Shown here: positions 15,752 to 23,102 of the stretch, piece by piece | Numbering within the stretch: position 1 is the first letter of the stretch | Layout: every line of letters starts with the position of its first letter | Assembly (NCBI RefSeq): GCF_004343255.1 | Contig: NZ_SMDD01000003.1 | Span: 373,038 to 397,037 of the forward strand | From: Laceyella sacchari | GTDB taxonomy: Bacteria; Bacillota; Bacilli; Thermoactinomycetales; Thermoactinomycetaceae | Length of the DNA: 24,000 bases | Reading direction: 5' to 3' | The notes under the pieces: generated by a model | Database searches by the model: none | Seen by the model: only the letters and a program-made list of their open reading frames with translations | What the model was told of the DNA's origin: nothing | Program-made: the position numbers and the translations under genes

Positions 15752-18700
15752 TTATTTCCAACGGCTTTTGGGTTTAGGTTGACGGTAACAAGTTGTTAAC
15801 GTACTCCCTTTTCTACAAACCGCTATACCCTTACGCCAATAAACAATCGATTTTTCTTTTGGATCATAATATTTCTTTCCGTATTTTACAGTATTAGCAA
15901 TTTCTCTTGGACCAATCTTCCTTTGATATGCTCTTTGACCCAAATGCTTGGAAACACGCAGCGATACCCCTAACCATCGTAAAATCTGAGTTGCCGCCCG
16001 AATAATCCATGGAATAAGGGGATTCTTTCCGTTTGAATCGACCAAATTGATTGGATTATTATAGGCGTAAGTATATTTATTCAGACTAAACGGATCATTT
16101 TCCGTCCCCTCAAATGTATCCCTCGTCAAAAATCTTCCCGTCTCTGGATTATAGTACCTGCTTTGCAAGTAATACAATCCCGTTTCCTTGTCATACCGAT
16201 AACCGGCATAGGTATAGGGATTTTCAACCGTACCCGTTTGGTTGGCGAGGGTACCAAATGCATCATAGGTATAAGTGTTTACAACAGCACCTGTTTGATC
16301 CGTGAGTGCTACCACATCCCCATGCCCGTTCAACTGATAGAAATACGTCTTTCCACCACGGGACATGCTAACAGGTTCATTCTCTGGACCATAGGTGTAG
16401 CTCGCTACAATCGCTCCACTTTGATCTGTTTCATACGCCACATTGTTGTTTTGATCATAATGGAACGTAATGGTACCCGATGCCGTCGTTTTCGTCCTCC
16501 GCATGCCATCCGCACGGTAGGTGAACGAAGCGATCGTATTACCTGCGCTGTCTTTGACTGCGGTCAATCGGTTCTCCGCGTCATAGACATACGTCTTGTT
16601 GCCATCGCTTAGCAAATTGCCGATAGCGTCGTAGGTATAGGTTGTGCCGTTGACGGAAGTAAGCTGATCTGCATCATCATAAGCATAAGTGGTAGTCGTC
16701 GCCGTTCCGTTTGGGGACGTTACTTTTTTGGTCAGACGATTACCCACAGCATCATAGGTGTATTCATAAGTCGTGCCATCTGGACGAGTTTCTTTGGTCA
16801 ATTGATCCAGTTCATCGTACACATACGAGGTCGTGCCCGCTTTGGACGTGACCGATGTAATATTTCCTTTGTTATCGTAAGTATAGGTAAAGCTGTCAAT
16901 CTGGTTTCCGTTTTTGTCAAAAATGTCACGTGCTATCAAATCTCCCGCACCATTATACCGGTTGAAGGTCATGTTGCCGTCAGCCGTTTTACGGCGAGCC
17001 ACTTGGTCTTGCTCGTTATAGTTGAACCATGCTTGGTTGGTACCATTGGATGTGATTTTGGTTAGTTGATTGTTCCCATTATACCCATAGCCTTGTGTAA
17101 TCTCTGTAGATCCAGCGGACAGCTTTTGTTGGGTGATGTTTCCATTGGCATCATAGGTATAATCCGTTAGATTGCCATTTGGCTCTTTCACTTGTTTCAG
17201 GCGGTTGTCAGCATCATAAGCATAATCAGTCGAAATGCCGCTAGCCACATCGGTTTCATTAGTGACGTTGTTGTTGGCATCATAGTTAAAAGTGTATGTT
17301 TGCGTACCATTGTAGGAAATAGCATCTTTTCGGTTGACACTGTCGTAGCTGTACGAAACAATGTTACCGTTCGGATAAGTGATCTTGGTTTGATTTCCAT
17401 TCAGATCGTAGTCATACGTTGTCGTTTTGTTATTAGCGTCGGTAACACTTTTTATTTGATTTAATTCGTTGTAGGTATAGGTCGTTTCCTTGTTTTTGGC
17501 GTTGATGACCTTGGTTTTGTTGCCCGCCGCATCGTATTGGTATTCGGTGGTGTGATTTTTCGCATCAGTCACCTTGGTCAGGCGATCCAGCGCATCGTAA
17601 GTGAACTGCGTCGTGTCCAATCCAACCTTTTCACTGGTCGTGTTGCCAACCGTATCATAAGTGCGTTGTGTGACCCGTTGCTCAGGATCGGTAGTTGACG
17701 TTTCATAGTTGTTGTTGCTGTCATAGCCATGGTAGGTGGTAATGGCATCTGGTACCACTTTGGCGGTATCAAACCAAGCTGTTCCCGTTTGATTGCTGTA
17801 CTCATAGTACACCCTGATTCGATCGAAGGATTTGGTCGTTTTTATCTCGCTGGCAATATGTTGCCAATCGTGAGACTTTGAGCGATCAAAGTTAAATGTA
17901 AACTTCTCCACTACATCAGTTCCCACACTGGAATCATAGGTATTGATAATGTATCCGTAAATGCCATTTGGGTTCGGATTTTCCGTTTTGGAAAAGCCGG
18001 ATACAGTTAAGATCGAACCCGCTCCACCCTTTAAGTTGACATCTTGGTACACCGTTTTGTATTTTGCCGAATCCCCAACCAGCTTCACTGAACGTGCACC
18101 ACTATATGTTTCTGTGGTATCTAGGCCGTCCCCTGCCGCTGTGTCTCCTTGCAAATACCAGCGATCTGGAATATTGTCGCCAGCGGGATCGAGATCCCGT
18201 TCAAAGTCGCTGTTTTCCAATACGTTATAGGCACCGTAATGCCCTTCTTCGATTTGCAAGCCATCAAACCAGTACGTTCCACCATATTGACCATTGATTC
18301 CGCTGATATACCCGCGTATTTGCAACTGGTCATATCCTGTCAATGTTCCCGGATCGAGAGACAAGTGGATACGGGTTGCTTCTTGCGTACCTGTAATGCC
18401 GGCACCCGCGATAGCTGTGGACGCTCCAGTTTTAGAGTTGAACGCAAACGCATAGATGCTACCTCGTCCCTGGGCACCACTCGTTTTTACATATCCACTC
18501 AGTACATAGGTTTTATTGGGATCATAAGCAACTTTATCACTGGCAATGGCCGTAGCCCCAGAGACATTGGAAATTTTGATGCTTTTATTCCCCAAAGTGA
18601 TACCATCAGTTGTAAGGCCCGTGCTATCCCAAGAGATATCAACTGATCCACTCGGCACTTTGCTCCAATTGTCCGGCCAATTATCACTGTTGCGATCCAA

Positions 18701-21382
18701 TTCAAAACTTCCATTGATAGCCAAATTGTTGCCTGGGCTCATCGCCGATGTTTCGGACAAGACGTTGCCATAGGCATTGTATTTGGTCGCAGTTGATTTT
18801 TCGACTGGGTCAGTGGAAGCCGTCAAATTATTTTTGTCATCATATTCATTGGTTGTGGTGTTACCGTTGGCATCCGTTTCCGTCACCGGATTGTTCTTGC
18901 TGTCATAAGTGGTGCTGCTCGTGTTGTTGAGCGGCGTACTAATGCTGGTTAGATTTCCTTTCTCATCATACGAATAATTGTAAGTGGCCGTGCCGTTGGC
19001 GGCGTTGGCGTTTCCGTCTTTTTGGCTGATCAATTGGTTTTTGTCGTCATATTCAAACGTGTTCTTAATATTGAATCCAGTCGGATCTTCCGTCGATTGG
19101 ATCACGTTTCCATACGCGTTATGAGTATAAATCGTTTTCGTTCCTTTTGGATCAGTGACAGTGGTGGTGTTGTTGACTGCATCATAACTAAATGTTGTTT
19201 TCGCCGTTTGTTTCGCACCATTCACTGTGATGGGATAAGAAACAGCATTCACCCGGTCACTGTCCGTATCATAACTGATTGTTTTCGTATGATTGTTTGG
19301 ATCGGTGATCGATATCAAATTGTGGTTATCATCATAGCCATATGCCTCTGTTGACACCACCGAACCTGTTGCATCCTTGTGTGTGATGCCAGTCAAATTG
19401 CCGTTCGCGTCATAGGTGTACTCCACTGAGCGGTTCGCTGGATCAGTCACTTTGCTGACTCGGTTGTTGGTATCATAAGCCAGTGTGATTTGTCTACCTG
19501 ACGCATCAGTAATGGATGTGGGCAGGTTATCGGTATAAGCGATCGTTGTCGTGTTATTGTTACTATCAACAATCGAGGCCAACTTTTTGGCTGAGTTAAA
19601 ATTGTATTTTGTCTGATCCGATGTGATCAGGGTAAAGGTACCGTTACTGTTTTTCACTAATTCCAAGTTGACTCCATCAGGCGCTTTATACGTACCCGTT
19701 GATACTCCGCCCGATCCATATTCCGGTATAAACGTATGTGTGGTGCCATCGGCATCAGTATAAGCGACAGGACCATCGGAATCCATGGATAGACTTTGTT
19801 CTAGATTGGAAATCCAACCATAGCCAAAAATACCACTTTTGTTTGAACGGCTGTTATAAGCTCGTTCCACTGACAAACTTGGACCGCGACCATTGATACT
19901 GACATCCGTATCTTGCAAATAATAGTTACCGTTATAAGTATTCACATTAGAGGCAGCCGTCGTCCAGAAACTTTCTACACCTATCGGATCAATGGTATAA
20001 GTAATGGTCAGCTTGGGCTTTTGCGAGTTGTTTGGATCAGGGTCGAGATAGTCACTGGAACGGAATCCTTTTCGGTTATTGCTTTCCGAATTCAGGCGTA
20101 ACATCACACCATAGTTGGAGCTGGTGCCTGCATACCATTGTTTTGTTAGTGAAGTGATATCAAAATCATAAGCTCCCACAGCTCCAACCGATTTCGTGGA
20201 GATAGGTGTTGTACCAGATGACGGTTGGTTGCTTCCCTTGATATCAGTTGAGTTCCAATCCGAGGTGACTGGATAAACATTGACTTGCTCTGCATGAGTG
20301 GTTGCGTATTGATGCAATGTAAGCGTCGCTGAAGAAATATTAGCCCCACTCAATAATGGAGATAATGCGAACTTGAGATACGAACGATATTCTCCCGTAC
20401 CATAAGTCGGATCAGTATAGGTTCCTGTGAGCAAATATGAAGAAGTGCCAAAGTTAACATTTTTACCATTAGTGGAATTTGTGACTGTGGCATCGTATGT
20501 CTTAAGTGCACCTTGCACCGAAACAGATGGATCGATCACTACTGGATATGCCCGCTTTTCATCCTTTAACCAAGCGGTATCCACTTTCAAATCTATAAAT
20601 GTTTGGTTTTTCTCCTTACGCAATTCATACCGGGCACCAAAGGACTGTTCGTCATTGGCATCCACCATGAAAGGTCGAGGAATGGCGAACACCGTGTTAC
20701 CCTTGTTGTCCAAAAATGAAAGGGAACCGTCTTTCTCTTGTTTGACATCCACATTTTTCGTTTTTAAAGATAATGTATAAGTAGACTGTCCAGTATATTT
20801 TTGCAACACCCAGGCTTCTTTAAAACCTGTATTGGTGACATAATAGCTCAGATCCGTATATGGATAAACCGAGGGATATGTCACTTTGTTCTTATCTTTT
20901 TTCGCAGCTACATTGGCACCATCAACCAACCCGAAATCGATGTGGGCTTGTCCCAATTGCAAACGAACAACTTTCTTGCCCCGGCTACGTGGAGCAAACC
21001 CCACTTGAAATTGGTTTCCTCCATTTGCGAGGGAAAGTTCAGCATCATCTGCGGCGGCCGCTTTTTTGAATTTGACTTCTTTTATCTCTTTTATCTCGTT
21101 ATCAATTTCTACCCATTTATCTCCCTTTTTATAGTGAATAGGTTCCAAATATTCTTCCAAAGTATATGTCTTTTTGTCTGGAGATATATAAGTTTTGGAA
21201 GTGGCAGTCCGCATGTGTTCCAATTCAACTGGCTTGGGTGCGGGAGCAGCCAATACATCAAATGTTGCTTGTGGCCAGAGAGTGAAGATCAATGTCAATG
21301 CAATGGTAATCGATACAATGCTACGAATTCGCGCGTATCGTTCAGCATAAAAAAATTGCAAACATATCCCTTCTTTCTTCAC
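15752..21382 (-). CDS. Secreted RHS/YD-repeat polymorphic toxin (WapA-like), 1876 aa
   Basis: The track start is a GTG at 21382 with no SD. The likelier start is the TTG at 21361, preceded by GAAGGG. A signal peptide is present (RYARIRSIVSITIALTLIFTLWPQATFDVLA/AP). Dozens of YD repeats occur (YTYDANGNLT, YAYDADNRL, YTYDAVGNRL, and others). The RHS core end reads YAGYRYDKETGLYYLQSRYYNPETGRFLTRDTF...NKYTYAYNNPINLVDSNG. A short variable C-terminal domain follows. Confidence 0.95.
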   Translation of the reverse strand: MKKEGICLQFFYAERYARIRSIVSITIALTLIFTLWPQATFDVLAAPAPKPVELEHMRTATSKTYISPDKKTYTLEEYLEPIHYKKGDKWVEIDNEIKEIKEVKFKKAAAADDAELSLANGGNQFQVGFAPRSRGKKVVRLQLGQAHIDFGLVDGANVAAKKDKNKVTYPSVYPYTDLSYYVTNTGFKEAWVLQKYTGQSTYTLSLKTKNVDVKQEKDGSLSFLDNKGNTVFAIPRPFMVDANDEQSFGARYELRKEKNQTFIDLKVDTAWLKDEKRAYPVVIDPSVSVQGALKTYDATVTNSTNGKNVNFGTSSYLLTGTYTDPTYGTGEYRSYLKFALSPLLSGANISSATLTLHQYATTHAEQVNVYPVTSDWNSTDIKGSNQPSSGTTPISTKSVGAVGAYDFDITSLTKQWYAGTSSNYGVMLRLNSESNNRKGFRSSDYLDPDPNNSQKPKLTITYTIDPIGVESFWTTAASNVNTYNGNYYLQDTDVSINGRGPSLSVERAYNSRSNKSGIFGYGWISNLEQSLSMDSDGPVAYTDADGTTHTFIPEYGSGGVSTGTYKAPDGVNLELVKNSNGTFTLITSDQTKYNFNSAKKLASIVDSNNNTTTIAYTDNLPTSITDASGRQITLAYDTNNRVSKVTDPANRSVEYTYDANGNLTGITHKDATGSVVSTEAYGYDDNHNLISITDPNNHTKTISYDTDSDRVNAVSYPITVNGAKQTAKTTFSYDAVNNTTTVTDPKGTKTIYTHNAYGNVIQSTEDPTGFNIKNTFEYDDKNQLISQKDGNANAANGTATYNYSYDEKGNLTSISTPLNNTSSTTYDSKNNPVTETDANGNTTTNEYDDKNNLTASTDPVEKSTATKYNAYGNVLSETSAMSPGNNLAINGSFELDRNSDNWPDNWSKVPSGSVDISWDSTGLTTDGITLGNKSIKISNVSGATAIASDKVAYDPNKTYVLSGYVKTSGAQGRGSIYAFAFNSKTGASTAIAGAGITGTQEATRIHLSLDPGTLTGYDQLQIRGYISGINGQYGGTYWFDGLQIEEGHYGAYNVLENSDFERDLDPAGDNIPDRWYLQGDTAAGDGLDTTETYSGARSVKLVGDSAKYKTVYQDVNLKGGAGSILTVSGFSKTENPNPNGIYGYIINTYDSSVGTDVVEKFTFNFDRSKSHDWQHIASEIKTTKSFDRIRVYYEYSNQTGTAWFDTAKVVPDAITTYHGYDSNNNYETSTTDPEQRVTQRTYDTVGNTTSEKVGLDTTQFTYDALDRLTKVTDAKNHTTEYQYDAAGNKTKVINAKNKETTYTYNELNQIKSVTDANNKTTTYDYDLNGNQTKITYPNGNIVSYSYDSVNRKDAISYNGTQTYTFNYDANNNVTNETDVASGISTDYAYDADNRLKQVKEPNGNLTDYTYDANGNITQQKLSAGSTEITQGYGYNGNNQLTKITSNGTNQAWFNYNEQDQVARRKTADGNMTFNRYNGAGDLIARDIFDKNGNQIDSFTYTYDNKGNITSVTSKAGTTSYVYDELDQLTKETRPDGTTYEYTYDAVGNRLTKKVTSPNGTATTTTYAYDDADQLTSVNGTTYTYDAIGNLLSDGNKTYVYDAENRLTAVKDSAGNTIASFTYRADGMRRTKTTASGTITFHYDQNNNVAYETDQSGAIVASYTYGPENEPVSMSRGGKTYFYQLNGHGDVVALTDQTGAVVNTYTYDAFGTLANQTGTVENPYTYAGYRYDKETGLYYLQSRYYNPETGRFLTRDTFEGTENDPFSLNKYTYAYNNPINLVDSNGKNPLIPWIIRAATQILRWLGVSLRVSKHLGQRAYQRKIGPREIANTVKYGKKYYDPKEKSIVYWRKGIAVCRKGSTLTTCYRQPKPKSRWK
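15755..16018 (-). other. C-terminal toxin tip of the RHS protein (88 aa), DUF4258 / RelE-ParE-superfamily-like putative RNase
   Basis: The sequence after the RHS core boundary (…NPINLVDSNGKNP) is LIPWIIRAATQILRWLGVSLRVSKHLGQRAYQRKIGPREIANTVKYGKKYYDPKEKSIVYWRKGIAVCRKGSTLTTCYRQPKPKSRWK. The H-x3-R-x3-R-x-I signature (HLGQRAYQRKI), followed by a short beta-rich segment ending ...TTCY, matches my recollection of the DUF4258 toxin fold. This is unverified. Confidence 0.5.
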
Positions 21383-21496
21383 ATGCTAGTTGTTTCGTGA
21401 CACAAAATAGTCACAACCACAATATATAATTTAATAAGTTATAAATAATAAATCAATTATTTTTATCTATCTTTTAATTTATTTTTTTATAAACAG

Positions 21497-21524
21497 ATTA
21501 TATATTTTATCCTATTTTAAGCAA
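21497..21524 (-). promoter_or_regulatory. Candidate sigmaA promoter of the RHS toxin gene
   Basis: The minus strand has TTGCTT (complement of 21519..21524), a 16-nt spacer, then TATAAT (complement of 21497..21502). It lies in a very AT-rich leader, and many alternative hexamers exist there. Confidence 0.25.
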
Positions 21525-21563
21525 TTTATACTCTATTATGTAAAAGTACCATCAAAACGATTT

Positions 21564-21596
21564 GAAAAAATAAAGCCCGGCACCTCCTTGCCAGGC
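21564..21596 (-). terminator. Rho-independent terminator just inside the right end of the element (would stop read-through from the gpr promoter)
   Basis: The minus strand reads GCCTGGCA-aggagg-TGCCGGGC (8-bp stem, 1 mismatch; 21575..21582 / 21589..21596) followed by TTTATTTTTTC. Confidence 0.55.
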
Positions 21597-21638
21597 CCAT
21601 AATCAATAAAAGACTTATCAGTTTTAAGTTTTTCATCT

Positions 21639-21647
21639 TGATATAAT
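21639..21647 (+). promoter_or_regulatory. Outward-facing extended -10 element (TGaTATAAT) near the right end of the element
   Basis: The plus strand has a cTTGATATAATg match to TGnTATAAT, about 170 nt from attR and pointing out of the element, antisense to the gpr 5' segment. No good -35 is present. Confidence 0.3.
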
Positions 21648-21813
21648 GCATTTATATGATGTCAAAGTAAACTGTCACTAGTTTTTAAAATCCCTCTGAC
21701 TGAACAACTCAACCAACTTTTATTAACACCTGTTTTTTGATGGGAACAGGAAACGTCCTAGCAATCCTTTTGAATAAATGGATCGTTTCCATACCAGCAA
21801 TATTATAACTGTC

Positions 21814-21821
21814 GGAACTCC
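21814..21821. repeat. attR core octamer GGAACTCC (right junction of the insertion)
   Basis: Identical to 10926..10933. On the minus strand the gpr reading frame runs ...GCG ATT GGA GTT CC| and then diverges into element sequence. Confidence 0.75.
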
Positions 21822-22547
21822 AATCGCAATCACCGGTACACCCAGTGTTTCTTTGGTGAGTGCTTTGCGCTTGTTGCCCACCCCTGAGCCAGGATGTATA
21901 CCGGTGTCAGCTACTTGGATGGTGGTGTTCACGCGGCTGAGCGCTCTTGACGCCAATGAATCAAAGGCGATGACGAAGTCCGGTTTCGTCTTTTCCACCA
22001 CGCCGCGCACGATCTCGCTCGTCTCGATCCCCGTGATGCCCAGCACGCCCGGCGAGAGTGCGCTGATCGGCCGATACCCTTCAGCGACAGATTCTGGCGC
22101 CAGCTCAAACAGGTGGCGGGTGACGAGGGTGTGTTTGACCACAAGCGGCCCGAGGGCATCAGCCGTGACATTCCAGTTGCCGAGGCCGACGATCAGGCCG
22201 GAGTCGTCAAGGCCAATGCCAACCTCATCCAAAAAACGGCTGAATTGCTGGGCAAAGTGTTCACTTACGCGCTTTTCCAGCATGGAATCTCTGCTTCTCA
22301 GTGCCGGCACTTCCAACGTCAGATAAGTGCCAGGCACTTTGCCGATCGCTTCACTGCCCGCTTGGTCATCGATCCAGATCCAGCTGGTGGTGATGCCTTC
22401 TTCGGTGTTCTCTTCAATCCGTACGCCGGGGATGTCGCTTGTGCCCCCCCGCTCATCTACCGCCATCTGATGCGCTTCCCGTGCAAGGTCTGTGCGGATG
22501 GAGTAGCCAGACAAATCGATTTGGTGTTCAGTGCGCTCTGCGTTCAT
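21814..22547 (-). CDS. gpr: Germination protease Gpr, 5' segment (about the first 247 codons); in situ the frame runs on into the element to a stop at 21723
   Basis: The track ORF is 21723..22604. The likely true start is the ATG at 22547, preceded by GGGGAGGAAG. Gpr motifs present: [126 protein letters not shown]. After these come 27 unrelated element-encoded codons ([27 protein letters not shown]). Confidence 0.9.
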
Positions 22548-22623
22548 GAATGAATCTTCCTCCCCGTTGCATCCATGGGTGGATGCCACCTTTGTTCGGG
22601 ACACCTCCCCGACAATCCGCTAA

Positions 22624-22652
22624 TAGTTTGCTTTTTGTTGATTTATTTATTC
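22624..22652 (-). promoter_or_regulatory. Candidate forespore (sigmaG/sigmaF-type) promoter of gpr
   Basis: The minus strand has GAATAA (complement of 22647..22652), a 16-nt spacer, then CAAACTA (complement of 22624..22630). Compare the sigmaG consensus as I recall it (GnATAa, 17-18 nt, CATnnTA). The match is imperfect and the spacer is one short. Confidence 0.25.
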
Positions 22653-22667
22653 CTCTGGCTTGTGTTA

Positions 22668-22696
22668 TTGCTTTTTGCCATAGCTCATGCTAGAAT
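22668..22696 (+). promoter_or_regulatory. Candidate sigmaA promoter of rpsT
   Basis: TTGCTT (22668..22673), a 17-nt spacer, then TAGAAT (22691..22696) preceded by TGc (extended -10). It lies 57 nt upstream of the rpsT start. Confidence 0.4.
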
Positions 22697-22752
22697 ATTG
22701 CATGTTGCATAAATGGGATGCGGAGATCAGAATCCCACAGGAGGTGAATGTA

Positions 22753-23019
22753 TTGGCTAACATTAAGTCCGCAATCAAACGCGCTAAAACCAACGAAATT
22801 CGCCGTCAGCGCAACGCTTCCCAAAAGTCTGCTATGCGTACGGCTGTGAAAAAGTTCTTGGTTGCCGTTGAACAACAAGACAACGAAAAAGCAACCGTTC
22901 TGTACAAAGAGGCTGCTCGCACTTTGGACAAAGCCGTAACCAAAGGCCTGATCCATAAGAACGCTGCAGCTCGCAAAAAATCCCGCCTCGTAAAAAAACT
23001 GCAAGCATTGCAAGCGTAA
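22753..23019 (+). CDS. rpsT: 30S ribosomal protein S20
   Basis: The track ORF starts at 22687. The real start is probably the TTG at 22753, 6 nt after AGGAGGTG, giving 88 aa: (M)[34 protein letters not shown]...[20 protein letters not shown]. This is the typical S20 sequence and length. Confidence 0.93.
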   Translation: MANIKSAIKRAKTNEIRRQRNASQKSAMRTAVKKFLVAVEQQDNEKATVLYKEAARTLDKAVTKGLIHKNAAARKKSRLVKKLQALQA

Positions 23020-23032
23020 TGCAGCTTATGAA

Positions 23033-23061
23033 CGACCCGCTTTGTTGGGTCGCTTTTATTT
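23033..23061 (+). terminator. rpsT terminator
   Basis: CGACCC-gctttgtt-GGGTCG (6-bp stem) followed by CTTTTATTT, beginning 14 nt after the rpsT stop. Confidence 0.6.
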
Positions 23062-23100
23062 AAAAAGATCTCGCCCCAGGTTTTGGGACGAGATCTTTTC
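23062..23100 (-). terminator. Bidirectional terminator between convergent rpsT and trpS
   Basis: AAAAGATCTCG ... CGAGATCTTTT forms an 11-bp perfect stem (23063..23073 / 23089..23099), with A-rich and T-rich flanks built into the arms. It directly abuts the trpS stop at 23103. Confidence 0.65.
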
Positions 23101-23102
23101 AT

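Larger units (their letters stand above)
10926..21821. mobile_element. ~10.9-kb integrative / intervening element inserted in gpr (large serine recombinase, accessory cargo, RHS toxin)
   Basis: It is bounded by identical 8-bp cores inside a split conserved gene, with a recombinase at one extreme end. Composition departs from the flanks. Hand counts of sample 60-nt lines gave about 55% G+C in lepA, about 45% in the RHS gene, and about 22-28% around 13.9-14.4 kb. No phage structural genes or conjugation genes are present. Confidence 0.85.

Noticed and set aside
15752-21382. Whether the YD repeats constitute a DNA tandem-repeat or CRISPR-like array
   Set aside because: The periodicity exists at the protein level only (degenerate ~20-aa YD motif). 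No conserved direct DNA repeats with unique spacers were seen anywhere in the window.
16114-21400. Numerous 60-199-aa plus-strand ORFs inside the RHS gene (for example 20801..21400 and 18149..18646)
   Set aside because: They are antisense shadows of a single continuous 1876-codon frame with clear YD-repeat periodicity. None has an SD or recognisable domains.
21397-21414. GTGAC-N8-GTCAC palindrome in the RHS leader as a CRP/FNR-type site
   Set aside because: The spacing does not fit TGTGA-N6-TCACA, and a 5-bp inverted repeat can arise by chance. There is not enough evidence to call it an operator.
10926-21821. Interpreting the insertion as a prophage or an ICE
   Set aside because: No terminase, portal, capsid, tail, lysis, relaxase, coupling-protein or T4SS genes are visible. 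Only a recombinase plus cargo is present, so I call it a minimal integrative or intervening element, possibly a decayed phage remnant like skin.
21778-22553. Plus-strand ORFs 21778..22326 and 22113..22553
   Set aside because: They are antisense to the gpr 5' segment and their translations are low-complexity.
22690-23102. Minus-strand ORFs 22690..23013 and 22806..23102
   Set aside because: They are antisense to rpsT, which is a textbook S20 sequence, and they run through its terminators.
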